A stretch of 64,000 bases of DNA from a virus (IMGVR_UViG_3300031998_000004); one strand, 5' to 3'. Positions 45,327 to 56,592 are shown, numbered from the stretch's first letter. The notes: generated by a model not told the origin, from the sequence alone. Translations and numbers: made by a program.

Positions 45327-45929
45327 TTACTTAATAAATGATAAAGAAACATTGGTATTGGGGGATATTCCGGGAAAATATATTTCGTATAGATTATACT
45401 CGATATCATTAAGAACAAATGTCCCGTTTAATTTAACAAAATCATCAAGTAATGATTCGTTGTTTGCTGTTATGGCTTTGCTTATTCTATAGTTTTTATA
45501 TAACGCCACATATAAGTATTGTTGGCTTGTGCCAGTAACCACAGACATCGATGTTGTATGTGCGAGCGCAGGTACTCGTTCGGGTGCGGTTTGAATAGTC
45601 ACTGCTGTACTCAATGATCCGTAATAAGCGGGATAATCAAGTGTTTGAGGAGGTGTTGGTGTCCCACCATGATAACTAGTCCATTGACAAATAAGCAAGT
45701 CATTATATTCTATTGGATTACTTTCCCATAGAATATAATCTTCTCTATCAGCGAATGCTCTACATAGATTATTATCTATATCATCAAACACATATCCTAT
45801 ACGTGCTTGTAATGAGTCTTTTATAAATTTTTGTACCTTCTCACCGGACACTGGGCGTCCAAATGTTGATTCATCCCCTTCCCAATCCTGATGTTTGTTT
45901 ATATCAATATTCCAAATCTTTTTACTCAT
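45327..45929 (-). CDS. Tail-associated protein sharing N-terminal domain with the 2706-aa protein
   Basis: G.P.SG..VQ..IKD...IG...D..F.D....W...P in both. Confidence 0.6.
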   Translation of the reverse strand: MSKKIWNIDINKHQDWEGDESTFGRPVSGEKVQKFIKDSLQARIGYVFDDIDNNLCRAFADREDYILWESNPIEYNDLLICQWTSYHGGTPTPPQTLDYPAYYGSLSTAVTIQTAPERVPALAHTTSMSVVTGTSQQYLYVALYKNYRISKAITANNESLLDDFVKLNGTFVLNDIEYNLYEIYFPGISPNTNVSLSFIK

Positions 45930-45991
45930 ACATAAATAATAACAAAAAAAGAGACCCGTTAAGAGTCTCTATTGTAGAAATTCATTTTAGT

Positions 45992-46486
45992 CTATCCTAT
46001 AAATTCCAATATTTCTTTTTTGATTTCATGTAATCGAACCGAACCATAATCACCACCCATCAAATCAAATAAGCTCCCATCTCGAGGGAAGTACGTGTCT
46101 ACAATATGTAATATTAGATTTCGATATGTTATCCAGGTTCTCCACGAGGTGTGTTCAATCTCGCCTTCTTTCAATCCGAGCGCTTCCTGAATCCAAGGAT
46201 ATATATTTACGCCTTGATATCCTTTAAACATCCGCTGATTGATAAGCCCAGATGTTTTCATTGACGCGATCTCAATTGAGTCTCCTTTCAGTAGGTATCT
46301 CACCCATTGAATTATCTTGAGAATAGCTTGATCACAACACCTCTCCAAGTATTCGGGAGAATCAGAATGTGTAAGTTTACAGGATTTCCTTAATGTCTCT
46401 AGTCTCTCCATGAACTTTTGAAGTAGGTCAGTTACCCGATCAAGTGTCTCTCTGTGTTGTGAATCAAGATGATTTAAGTCGTACAT
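45992..46486 (-). CDS. Hypothetical protein, paralog of 44135-44662
   Basis: Shared motif; same upstream TTTTGTTATATA element. Confidence 0.7.
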   Translation of the reverse strand: MYDLNHLDSQHRETLDRVTDLLQKFMERLETLRKSCKLTHSDSPEYLERCCDQAILKIIQWVRYLLKGDSIEIASMKTSGLINQRMFKGYQGVNIYPWIQEALGLKEGEIEHTSWRTWITYRNLILHIVDTYFPRDGSLFDLMGGDYGSVRLHEIKKEILEFIG

Positions 46487-46537
46487 AAATTTATATAACA
46501 AAAGAAGGCCCTACCTTTAGTAAGACCTTTCTTATGG

Positions 46538-46915
46538 TTATGCATTATCATACATCTCCATTACAATCTCACGAGATTTTCGTTTACACTCTTCACAGTA
46601 ATCAAAATACTCTTGAAAGGCCTCTGGTTTGGTGTCTCGTTGTCTGTTGATAGCTATCTCGTCATCGACAGTATACTTCTCGCGAATAAACCCGACAATC
46701 AACTCCACATACTTATCTCGGTTCTCCTCGAAGTATTCGTCTCCAGATACTTCGTCATAATCGCTAATTTTTTCAAGATAAGGCTCATCTAACTTCACAC
46801 CATCTCTATAGTATATATATCCAAGAGACCACTCGGCACCCACAACCACACCATCCTCTATATGACGGAGTTTCTTCCCTTCATCTGCTATTATTGTATT
46901 TCCTTTTATTATCAT
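46538..46915 (-). CDS. Tail-fibre assembly/chaperone-like protein
   Basis: IIADEGK.L, IREKYT.DDEIAI.RQ...EY..YCEECK; follows fibre gene. Confidence 0.6.
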   Translation of the reverse strand: MIIKGNTIIADEGKKLRHIEDGVVVGAEWSLGYIYYRDGVKLDEPYLEKISDYDEVSGDEYFEENRDKYVELIVGFIREKYTVDDEIAINRQRDTKPEAFQEYFDYCEECKRKSREIVMEMYDNA

Positions 46916-46931
46916 ATTTTTACATGTTAAT

Positions 46932-49900
46932 TTATGCTATTGCTGAAATTATTGATGCGTAAGAATTCCAGTTTGATGCAGTCTGATAATCTATTACACT
47001 TCCTGATGGAACATAGATATTTTGCACAACAGTGGTTCCTGGGAGAGTATACGGATATATTGTCGGTGGAGTGGTTGGGAGACTGGTGATGGTCGTTAGG
47101 TGAGAGCAACCATTAAATGCATTACTTCCAATGCTAGTAACAGAACTACCAATTGTAACTGATATTAACCCTGTACAGTCACCAAACGCGGAGTTGCCAA
47201 TAGTTGTGACGGAATTGCCAATTATAATTGTTGTTAATCCAGTACATTTATAAAACACACTATTATTAATTGTTGTAACAGTATTTGGAATATTGATAGA
47301 ATTAAGCCACGTTTGTTCATAAAACGCATATGTTCCAATTATATTAACACCTTCTCCTAAAATTACACGTTCTATTGAAGAACATTGATAAAACACAGCA
47401 TTACTACTATCTATACGGAAACAATTATTTGGTATATCACAGCATATTGTCACCTCAACCAATCCGGTACAAGAGTAGAACGCCCCCGAACTAATTGATG
47501 TAATAGATGATGGAAGAGTAATTGAATTTAATCCGGAGCAATTTTGAAAAGCGTATTGTCTGATTGTTGTGACTGAATTTGGAATATTGATTGATGTCAA
47601 CCCAGTACATCCTTCAAATGCATAAGAATCAATTGATGTAACTGTATTCGGAATAACTGAGTTTTTACACCCAAAATAAAGAATATTAGTTGATGTTCCA
47701 ATAATACAATCATGTCCCCCATTAGAGCTACCATCATTATATACAGTATTACTAGAATCAACCGTTATACTTGATAAAGAAGTGCACCCAGCAAACGCTT
47801 CATACATAATACTAGTACAAGCAATTGGAATATTAATTGAAGTTAATCCTGTACAATTTTGGAATGCGTTTGATCCAATTGATGTAATAGATGATGGGAG
47901 AGTGATTGAAGTTAATCCAGTACACCCATAAAAAGCCCCATTTCCAATATTTAAAACTCCTTGGGGAATGACTGAATTTTTACACCCAATATATAAATAA
48001 TTATTCGATTTCCTAATAATACAATTACTACCACCAACATTTCTACCATCATAATATGTGGAGTTACCATAATCAACTGTTATGCTTGACACCGAATAAC
48101 ATCCATAAAATGAGTTAGACTGCAGTGATGTAACCGAAGATGGAATATTGATTGATGCTAAATTCGAACAGAAATAAAATGCAGAATAATCAATTGTAGT
48201 AACAGTATTAGGAATATTGATTGAAGTCAATCCTGTACATTCATCAAATGCATAATTATTGATTCTTACAACCCCTTGTGGAATAACTGAATTTTTACAT
48301 CCACAATAAAGAATATTATTCGATGTCCCAATAATACAATCATGTCCATCAGCAGCACTACCATCATTAAATGTTGGATTGCTAGGATCAACTGTTATAC
48401 TTGCTAATAATGGACAATTCTTAAACACTGAAGTTTCAATTGTTGTAACAGAACTACCTATAGTTATCGATGTTAACCCGGAGCAATTTTGAAAAGCGTA
48501 TTGTCTGATTGTTGTGACGGAATTTGGAATAACAATTGTATCTATCCAATCGATTCCATCAAACACATTTGACCCAATATCGACTATTCCTTCACCCAAA
48601 GTAATGCTTTCAATATTTTCACACCCATTAAATGCTGAATATGATTTATCAAAATCAAAACAATGAGATGGAATATTACAATACATTGTAACATCTGTTA
48701 ATCCTGTACAATTTCTGAATACTCCCCCTCCCATTGATGTAACAGATGAAGGAAGAGTGATTGATATTAATCCCGTACAACCCTCAAACGCACCAGAAAC
48801 AATTGTTGTAACGGATGACGGAATATTGATTGATACCAATCCAGTACAGTTTTGAAATGCCCTATTATTAATTGTTGTAACGGATGATGGAATATTGATT
48901 GATGTCAATCCAGTACAATTCTGGAACGTATAATTATTAATTGTTGTAACGGATGATGGAATATTGATTGATGTCAATCCAGTACATCCATAAAATGCCG
49001 AACTACCAATCGATGTAACTGATGATGGGAGAGTGATCGATGTTATATTTGGACAATTAGAAAATGCACTATTACCAATAGCTGTAACGGAATTTCCCAT
49101 TGTAACAGATGTTAATCCAGTACATCCATCGAATACATCCTGACCAATTGTTATAACTGAATTTGGGATAATAATGGATGTCAACCATTGTTGAACATTA
49201 AACGCTCGTGATCCAATATTAATAACTCCTTCCCCCAAAGTAACGTTCCTGATATTTGGACAATTAAAAAAACAACTGTATGTTTGTGATATATTAAAAC
49301 AATTGTCGGGTACATCACAATACATTATAACATCTGTTAATCCCGTACAACCCTCAAACGCTTGATTAGCAATCGTAGTAACAGTGCTGGGGATAGTTAT
49401 AGAATCCAACCAATCCAGCCAATTATTGTAACCATAAAAAGCTCGTTGTCCGATCGATGTTACACCTTCTCCTAAAGTAATACTTCTTATATTTGCACAA
49501 TTATAAAAGCGCGCGCTGTCTGTTCTTGAAAAACAATAGGATGGAACATCACAATACATAGTTACACTAGTTAATCCAGTACAATTCTGAAAAGCCTGCG
49601 CTTCTAGTGTTATGACTGATGATGGAATGGTGATTGATGTTATTCCCACACTAGTGAACACATAACTCTTAATTGTTGTAACTGATGATGGGATATTAAT
49701 TGAAGATAATTTCGAACAATTATAAAATGCATTATATTCAATAGTCTGAATATTATTTGGAATAATGACTGATTCTAATTTTGTGCACCCGTAGAAACAT
49801 CCTTTAGGTATAGTTCTCAATCCAGTAAAATGTCTAAATTCATCAAAATTGGTGCAGTTGTCTCTAAATGCATTATCATATGAGAATATACTATAATTCT

Positions 49901-52900
49901 GTGTAGCTACGATATCAGAATCCAACACCTGTTCAGCTTCTTCTATAAGCATTTTATCATAACTTGCACAAAGACCTTTACTATGGAGATTATTATAAAC
50001 TACATCCATAGCCCATGGGTTAACAGCACGTGAGATAGCAATAGTATCGTCTTGATAACCAAAGGTCTTTGTTGGGGGGTTAGATTGATTAGTAACATAA
50101 GAATCATCCACAACCTTTCTCAATACAAGAACAACTGAACCTGATACGTAACCTGCAGCGGGTTCTTGTAATAAAGCAACTGTACAAGATTCATTATCAT
50201 AAGTCACTATACTTGCATACTGTGCAATATCTCCGGTCAGAGACCAAGCAGCATACATATTACCAGTAATACCTTCAGTACTATAAACAACACTATATAC
50301 GTTTTGTTCTTCAAGAGTTATCTGGCCAGGACCATCAATGGAAATCTGTGAAGATGAAGGATATTTACGTTTCTGTACTTCAACCTCTAGTCTACCAGAA
50401 ATAGTACCACCACCAGTTCGATGATAGGTACATACTATCTCGATAGTCTGAGTGGCTCCACCAGTTTCAGATGATGTATAAATACCAGTGTCTGATCCGA
50501 TTTGATCGTCATGCCTTAATCCACTTGTGGCTATTCTATATGTATAATATCCATCCTGATCTTCGATACCCACAGCAACACCGGTATATTGAATAGAACC
50601 ACTACCTTCAAGTACTGTAGTAGGACCTGTGATATAAATAGCGGGTGGAGCAACGATATAGAATGCTGCGGAGGGGTCAAATACATTAGGACCAAAGACA
50701 TTAATGAAGAAATCCACATCTTCTTGAGAACGGATACTCTCAACGGATGCGTGTCCCAGGAGAGTTACTTTACCAGTTTTCTCTGGATCTGCCGCGAGAA
50801 TAAATTCACCAATAGAATGAAGATCATCTATATCTATATTCTCCCATACAATATTATCCATATATACCGAACAATCAGCATCCGGTGTGGTCTTATTATC
50901 TAACCAATTAAGGAAGAAAGTAGGATCATTTGTGAGATTAGGACAGTTAGTTATATCGATTGTGTGAATATTTGCCGCATTATTCTGTACAGTTACTGTA
51001 TTGAGTGAGAAAAAGTTATCAAGAACCAATGACTGAATTAATCCTGGCAACATAAGGGTTGAAAGTGGTGCCGCATGCGGAAGATCAATACTCGCAAGGT
51101 TGGTGCAGTTTCTCACATCAACTGTTTTTAAATAATTATTCTCACTGAGATCCACTCTACCAATACCAGTATATCCAACCATCTGGAAATCCTCAAGATA
51201 CTTGAAGTTAGCTAATCCCTCAAGTCTTGTCATACCAGTATTCACCTGGGAGCTGAGAGTACCGAGTACGAGAGTAGTGAGATTAGAGTCAAATGCTGTA
51301 GTGTTTACTCTTCCAAAATTAATTTCATCAATCTGTTGACTAATTTTTGAAAGATCTAACTCTTTAAAATATACAGCATTATATACCTTAATGGTCGTAC
51401 CAATATAGTATCTTTCTGTCATTGTGAAGTCGATAGGTACATCTTCTTGCCCTTCAACTCCAAGAACCATTGGTCTCTCCAATCCATAACCAAAGATCTG
51501 TCCATTAACCGCAGGAATCACAGTGATAATATCATTTGGAGTAGGATCACCACCAAATGGTTTAATTTCGACACGATTACCAAGATAAGCGTCGGTACCA
51601 TTGATTGCATCATAGTTTGCAAACCTATGACTTAACCACCACTGCCTATGACTCTTACGAGGGCCTTGAAGTTTTGCGAGTTGGGTTTTATCAGAGATAT
51701 TTATATACTTATATTTATAATCTTCATTGTGTGTTCTTTCTGCCCATGATGCTGATTGTTTGATATTAAACATATCAATAACATTAGCATAGCTCATTCC
51801 AGCGTTATAGATAGCCCCATCCATCTTTCTCACTATCTCCATAAACTCATCATCAGACTCGAGGTTATTCCACAACACACTATCGTGTCCAGCATAACAA
51901 TAAGCCGCTGGATTATCAGGATCCTTACTTTGACGGTCAATATTATATCCGAATTTCAAAGCGCCATCATTACGAACACCATTAATAGTATCATTATCAT
52001 AATTGATATAATACCAATGAAGTCCATCTTCTGTGGTAAACATAGCGTTCTTAACGGTCTGGTCGACTGCACCAAAACGCATAAGGTAGACATAGTAAGC
52101 GGCTACTTTATAAACATCAAGATAATTCCACTTTTCTGATTTAAACTTATTCCAAAGAGTGTCATTATCTTTAACCATTTTACCATCTTGTACTTTAGAT
52201 GCCCCCATGGTACTATTAATCCAAGTAGCGACTCTCTTCAAAGCGCTGTTGGGTCCTTCCGCGCGCTCCGCCTCGGATGGCTTGCCACTATCATCAGGAT
52301 AACGAGCTTCAAACGAATACCTCCACCCATCATGATCGGTGCTTGTCCAGTGGGATACGTCGGTAAATAAGTTACATGGGTAATCGCCGTTCACCACTTC
52401 CCAACACTCCATATGACTATTGTCAAACCCAGGAATTGACTTAAATCCAAATACAGATTCCGTACTCTTATCATTATTCCAGTTATACTTACCTAGGAAT
52501 ATAAGAGGATCACCTTCATGCTCGTGATAGAAAAGAGTGATAGGGAAACCATCCACAGTTGTTCTTACATCATATTCATAATCTTCCTGCTCCGCACAGA
52601 ATTGTGCCATGGTCTTACCAGGAGCAATAGTCTCCGCACCGCTTCCAACAAATGTTGATTTAAGATAGAATCTATCATCAACATCGTTTACGTTCAAACG
52701 AGCATTCTTCATATAGTTATTCCACATCCTAGCAACGCCCGTATTATGTGTTGATGATGATTCTGCATAGTCTGCCTTCAAACACCACGTCTTAACAGGT
52801 TGAGCACCGTCTTTAAATGAATATAAACGATCGTCACCGGTCAACTCATTTCCTTCCCAGTCATACATCTGTGTGGTATAACGAGGTTGAGTTTCATCTT

Positions 52901-55052
52901 TGTTATCCGCTTGCGTGTAGAATCGGAAGTTCTTTCGAGGATATGCCATTGACGATGTACCCTGACAACGCATAGATGGGTTAATGAGAGTCATATTCTT
53001 AGTTGGATCTTGATAGTTAATAACTTCTATCTTATCCATCCTCACATAAGTACCTTTATCATCTTTAGTGAAATGTTGAAGTCTATCTACGTCGCCCGTG
53101 ATAACGATAATTGGTGTACGAGCAGCAAGTTTATTATCTGACATTCTCTCTGTGTTCTCTACGTAGACATCGTTTCTATCATATGCACTGACTAAATCTT
53201 CAACAGTATCCTGATAAAGAATGAAGTTATTAAGAACTTCGTTATCGGTGAGTGCGCGGGGATAACAACGAATCTGTTTTACTCGGACATTTGCGTCGTC
53301 TGTTCCAATAAACTCAATTGTTTTTGGTGATATAAACGAGTCGGATGCTGCGTAATCTGCAGCTCCTGTCATAATACCATCAACATATATAAACATCATT
53401 CCTGGATGTGCCCCTGTGTTGAGTGGGTATACTACGACATCAATACGTATATTCTCCTCGGGTTTGTATCTAGTTGCTAGTGTTGTTCCTGTGGCTGTGG
53501 AGCTTGTTATAAATGATATTTCGCTGGTGGTGATTAAAAGACCATTTCCATTGTTTGTTAGGTCGAGCACCGGAGTGGTCTCATCAAGGACTCTGGCGGT
53601 TTCAAATTCAATACCGAAAGTAAATCCTGTACCTTTAATATCATTTGCAAATGGTGCATAATCTGTCACGAATGAAGCACCATCCGGAATAACCAATCTA
53701 CCATTACTCCATCCCGAGTTTTCGTTCCAATCAAACCCATTCAATTCCCCGGCCCACCCAGCAAACGACCAGTCATCTCTATCTTCAGAACTATTAGTAC
53801 GGTCAGAACCAGAGAACTCAAAGACTGTTCCTGTTATCTGGTGAAGGTCATAACTTGATGTTTCTATATAAGCGTTAAATGTAAGAGTGGTGTTATCGCA
53901 AGAGAACTCCAAAGGAGTAGTTGTATCTGTATATGAACGAATAACATACTCATATGCTGTTCTATTCCTAAGCTCATATGAAGACTCGGATTGTCCGAGA
54001 GTGATTGTCATTGGATAAGATGCTTTATTGGTTTTAGAATAGATGCTATATCCAATAGTATATTCTTCATACTGAACAGGCCCATGAAGAGGAATTGGTT
54101 GAGTAAATGCATCAATAATCCCTATGTTCTGTGGAATAGAGAATTTGGTTAAGATTGTGGTTCCTGTGAGATTATCATCATTGATAATAAAATCTCTGTA
54201 TAGAACATCGGAATAGAATCTCACACCATTAGATGTCTCCACATAAATACGATACTGAAGGTTGTGTCGTCCAGAAGCCATGCCAGAAAGAGGAATGGTC
54301 TTAACACCAGATCCCTGAACAGCTATATAGTTATCTGTATGAGCATCGTATGGTAGTTTGTTGCCATCAATATACCACTCCAGGTACTTCACTCCTGAAC
54401 CGGCATAGTCGAACGCTACTGTAAGATTGTCTTGATTTGTATAAATGGTTGTAGTATCAAAGTCATCTGAAAGTGAGAGATTAACTGCATCAAAAGTGGC
54501 GCCAATAGTGGTTGATGCTTTTGATATCTGGCCTTTGATAGTAATCAATATTTCATTTGTCCCCTCATGGAGATATTTATCTATATTAAAATTCGCAGTA
54601 GCGCCAGCATGATAACTCTCGTTTACGGTAGTAATAGTTCCGCTATGCTGAATAGTATATATTACATTAACGGATTCGGCGAATGGTTGATCGTCTTTGT
54701 TTTTAGTAATAAAGGTAAATCTAATATAATTTCCAGTTGATCCATAGAACACAGCAGTATATCCACCAGCTGGGTCAATGAGAGTGGCTTCCATTTTATA
54801 TAGAGCCTCCATCTGTATTTCATCAACAATAAGATCTGTACGGGTTGGATCCTCTATCCAAGCATCACGCGCCACATCGTCTTTAAAAAACAAATGACGA
54901 GCCGTATCTGCATCGTAATACCCAACTCCAATTTTATCTTTAATATAATTTTGTACAGCATAGCCGCTTGCAGGTTCACCGTGAGGACCCGCTGCTGCAA
55001 AATCCATAAAACTATTTAATTTACCATTATATAAATCTTTTGCCATATTCAT
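46932..55052 (-). CDS. Giant tail fibre/adhesin: LamG-like region, CotH-kinase-like core, Ig-like domains, many BspA (LRR_5) repeats
   Basis: QGTSS..YPRKN, LKADYAESS, GKYNWNNDK, YDNDT; tandem IPSSVTTIG..AF..CTGLTSI repeats. Confidence 0.8.
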   Translation of the reverse strand: MNMAKDLYNGKLNSFMDFAAAGPHGEPASGYAVQNYIKDKIGVGYYDADTARHLFFKDDVARDAWIEDPTRTDLIVDEIQMEALYKMEATLIDPAGGYTAVFYGSTGNYIRFTFITKNKDDQPFAESVNVIYTIQHSGTITTVNESYHAGATANFNIDKYLHEGTNEILITIKGQISKASTTIGATFDAVNLSLSDDFDTTTIYTNQDNLTVAFDYAGSGVKYLEWYIDGNKLPYDAHTDNYIAVQGSGVKTIPLSGMASGRHNLQYRIYVETSNGVRFYSDVLYRDFIINDDNLTGTTILTKFSIPQNIGIIDAFTQPIPLHGPVQYEEYTIGYSIYSKTNKASYPMTITLGQSESSYELRNRTAYEYVIRSYTDTTTPLEFSCDNTTLTFNAYIETSSYDLHQITGTVFEFSGSDRTNSSEDRDDWSFAGWAGELNGFDWNENSGWSNGRLVIPDGASFVTDYAPFANDIKGTGFTFGIEFETARVLDETTPVLDLTNNGNGLLITTSEISFITSSTATGTTLATRYKPEENIRIDVVVYPLNTGAHPGMMFIYVDGIMTGAADYAASDSFISPKTIEFIGTDDANVRVKQIRCYPRALTDNEVLNNFILYQDTVEDLVSAYDRNDVYVENTERMSDNKLAARTPIIVITGDVDRLQHFTKDDKGTYVRMDKIEVINYQDPTKNMTLINPSMRCQGTSSMAYPRKNFRFYTQADNKDETQPRYTTQMYDWEGNELTGDDRLYSFKDGAQPVKTWCLKADYAESSSTHNTGVARMWNNYMKNARLNVNDVDDRFYLKSTFVGSGAETIAPGKTMAQFCAEQEDYEYDVRTTVDGFPITLFYHEHEGDPLIFLGKYNWNNDKSTESVFGFKSIPGFDNSHMECWEVVNGDYPCNLFTDVSHWTSTDHDGWRYSFEARYPDDSGKPSEAERAEGPNSALKRVATWINSTMGASKVQDGKMVKDNDTLWNKFKSEKWNYLDVYKVAAYYVYLMRFGAVDQTVKNAMFTTEDGLHWYYINYDNDTINGVRNDGALKFGYNIDRQSKDPDNPAAYCYAGHDSVLWNNLESDDEFMEIVRKMDGAIYNAGMSYANVIDMFNIKQSASWAERTHNEDYKYKYINISDKTQLAKLQGPRKSHRQWWLSHRFANYDAINGTDAYLGNRVEIKPFGGDPTPNDIITVIPAVNGQIFGYGLERPMVLGVEGQEDVPIDFTMTERYYIGTTIKVYNAVYFKELDLSKISQQIDEINFGRVNTTAFDSNLTTLVLGTLSSQVNTGMTRLEGLANFKYLEDFQMVGYTGIGRVDLSENNYLKTVDVRNCTNLASIDLPHAAPLSTLMLPGLIQSLVLDNFFSLNTVTVQNNAANIHTIDITNCPNLTNDPTFFLNWLDNKTTPDADCSVYMDNIVWENIDIDDLHSIGEFILAADPEKTGKVTLLGHASVESIRSQEDVDFFINVFGPNVFDPSAAFYIVAPPAIYITGPTTVLEGSGSIQYTGVAVGIEDQDGYYTYRIATSGLRHDDQIGSDTGIYTSSETGGATQTIEIVCTYHRTGGGTISGRLEVEVQKRKYPSSSQISIDGPGQITLEEQNVYSVVYSTEGITGNMYAAWSLTGDIAQYASIVTYDNESCTVALLQEPAAGYVSGSVVLVLRKVVDDSYVTNQSNPPTKTFGYQDDTIAISRAVNPWAMDVVYNNLHSKGLCASYDKMLIEEAEQVLDSDIVATQNYSIFSYDNAFRDNCTNFDEFRHFTGLRTIPKGCFYGCTKLESVIIPNNIQTIEYNAFYNCSKLSSINIPSSVTTIKSYVFTSVGITSITIPSSVITLEAQAFQNCTGLTSVTMYCDVPSYCFSRTDSARFYNCANIRSITLGEGVTSIGQRAFYGYNNWLDWLDSITIPSTVTTIANQAFEGCTGLTDVIMYCDVPDNCFNISQTYSCFFNCPNIRNVTLGEGVINIGSRAFNVQQWLTSIIIPNSVITIGQDVFDGCTGLTSVTMGNSVTAIGNSAFSNCPNITSITLPSSVTSIGSSAFYGCTGLTSINIPSSVTTINNYTFQNCTGLTSINIPSSVTTINNRAFQNCTGLVSINIPSSVTTIVSGAFEGCTGLISITLPSSVTSMGGGVFRNCTGLTDVTMYCNIPSHCFDFDKSYSAFNGCENIESITLGEGIVDIGSNVFDGIDWIDTIVIPNSVTTIRQYAFQNCSGLTSITIGSSVTTIETSVFKNCPLLASITVDPSNPTFNDGSAADGHDCIIGTSNNILYCGCKNSVIPQGVVRINNYAFDECTGLTSINIPNTVTTIDYSAFYFCSNLASINIPSSVTSLQSNSFYGCYSVSSITVDYGNSTYYDGRNVGGSNCIIRKSNNYLYIGCKNSVIPQGVLNIGNGAFYGCTGLTSITLPSSITSIGSNAFQNCTGLTSINIPIACTSIMYEAFAGCTSLSSITVDSSNTVYNDGSSNGGHDCIIGTSTNILYFGCKNSVIPNTVTSIDSYAFEGCTGLTSINIPNSVTTIRQYAFQNCSGLNSITLPSSITSISSGAFYSCTGLVEVTICCDIPNNCFRIDSSNAVFYQCSSIERVILGEGVNIIGTYAFYEQTWLNSINIPNTVTTINNSVFYKCTGLTTIIIGNSVTTIGNSAFGDCTGLISVTIGSSVTSIGSNAFNGCSHLTTITSLPTTPPTIYPYTLPGTTVVQNIYVPSGSVIDYQTASNWNSYASIISAIA

Positions 55053-55225
55053 TAACTATTTTTCCACGCATCTGTATTGACCCATGGTTTATCATTTATC
55101 CAATACCCTTTTCCAAAACAAGACCTAATTGCAGTCCACACAAGAACAAGTCCCTTGTAGACAGCAGATATTGCTCGTTCTCCAAAGAACTCTTGTGACT
55201 GACCATAATAATCCTTATATATCAT
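55052..55225 (-). CDS. Small Trp-rich tail protein missing from ORF track (57 aa, ...AIRSCFGKGYWINDKPWVNTDAWKN)
   Basis: Manual translation; TAATG overlaps at both ends. Confidence 0.7.
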   Translation of the reverse strand: MIYKDYYGQSQEFFGERAISAVYKGLVLVWTAIRSCFGKGYWINDKPWVNTDAWKNS

Positions 55226-55419
55226 TATTCTTCGTAGATATGATAAATTTTATCTTCATCAATCTGTCCTGATTGAACTAATGCATTATACTCATCTTCT
55301 GTTAAAAAAACGTCACGATCAAACATATCCAACAACACCTTTTGAAGGACGTCGCCGGTAATCGCCATATGAGAATTTTCGTAAATTCTATTTATAATTT
55401 CTTGTCTGATATTGCTCAT
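55225..55419 (-). CDS. Small tail-fibre-associated protein
   Basis: ITG.VLQ.VL.DM; LTEDEYNAL....ID...IY.IYEE motif; promoter motif upstream. Confidence 0.7.
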   Translation of the reverse strand: MSNIRQEIINRIYENSHMAITGDVLQKVLLDMFDRDVFLTEDEYNALVQSGQIDEDKIYHIYEE

Positions 55420-55491
55420 ACATAAATAATAAAAGACCACCGAGTGGTGGTCTCTTAGTTGAATATTTATAAATATAGATAATAATTAAAA

Positions 55492-56592
55492 TTATTTCAT
55501 TCCCATTAACCAACCATCATCTAAATATTGTTGAATTAATTCAGGACTAACTCTTTTTATTTGATTTTCTTTATGAATATATTTTAATCCTTTACAGGGA
55601 CCACATTTGCCATTGTTATAATTTTTGAATGCTGACATTTTGAGTTCTCCTGATAAATATCTGTGGTCATTAATTGAAACAGAAAAACTTTTTTCTTCTG
55701 GGTGATTTGGATCATAAACAGTTATCATTCCTTTATTTCGAGACGTCATTCTTTTCTCCCAACCGTCATCCAAATATTCATCAAGTTCTGATGGATCAAT
55801 GTATTTATTAATTCCATTTTTACATATACCTATAAAATTTTTTATAGGATGCACATTTCTTCCAACCATCCATCCATCATTAACGTATGAATCGATTAAA
55901 GACTTGTTAATGCATAATCTTCTATCATCTTTATATATCCATATTTTACCTTTAGTTGGACTTATTCTACCTCTACATTTATTTCTGATTTCCCATCCAT
56001 CTTTAAGATAATCATTTAATTCTATTTTTTTGATTGTTTTATATTCGCCGTTTTTATACACACATGTATAATCCTTGAATCCTTTATTACCTTTAGAAAC
56101 AATTGTTAGTTCACCCGATTGATATCGTGGGTCTGTTGTAAAAGTTCTAAAACAATCTCCATTTCTATCTCTTACTGTGACCAATCCGGAATTTACAGAC
56201 ACCAATTCTCCTGATAAATATCTCGGATCGTTAACAGACACATCAAAACATTTATCATTTGAATCTTTTACTGTTACTAATCCTTTAGTTGAACAATCTG
56301 TATAAGACCCCACACCACCTTCCAACATATTTAAACACAATATATTAGATAACATTTTTTCATTAACTATTTCCTTTTCATAATTTAACGCTTCTTCTCT
56401 AGTATCAAAATATTTAAGTATTTCTTTAACAAATTGTTCTTTTCCAAATAACTTACATAACCGAGTTATTCTAACTCCACTACCCATATAGTTATCATTA
56501 ATATTATTTGTACTGTGAATTCCATAATAATATTCCCCGGTCTTTGTGTTGGTTATCTTATAAAAATAATGATATTTCTTTTGACTGTGCAT
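55492..56592 (-). CDS. GIY-YIG (Seg-like) homing endonuclease with repeated DNA-binding modules
   Basis: YFYKITN...YYGIH..YMGSG..E..N; DPRY.SGEL and YL.DGW repeats. Confidence 0.8.
   Translation of the reverse strand: MHSQKKYHYFYKITNTKTGEYYYGIHSTNNINDNYMGSGVRITRLCKLFGKEQFVKEILKYFDTREEALNYEKEIVNEKMLSNILCLNMLEGGVGSYTDCSTKGLVTVKDSNDKCFDVSVNDPRYLSGELVSVNSGLVTVRDRNGDCFRTFTTDPRYQSGELTIVSKGNKGFKDYTCVYKNGEYKTIKKIELNDYLKDGWEIRNKCRGRISPTKGKIWIYKDDRRLCINKSLIDSYVNDGWMVGRNVHPIKNFIGICKNGINKYIDPSELDEYLDDGWEKRMTSRNKGMITVYDPNHPEEKSFSVSINDHRYLSGELKMSAFKNYNNGKCGPCKGLKYIHKENQIKRVSPELIQQYLDDGWLMGMK

Noticed and set aside
46932-49800. Diversity-generating retroelement target
   Set aside because: No reverse transcriptase or non-coding template repeat in the window; repeats are in-frame LRR units
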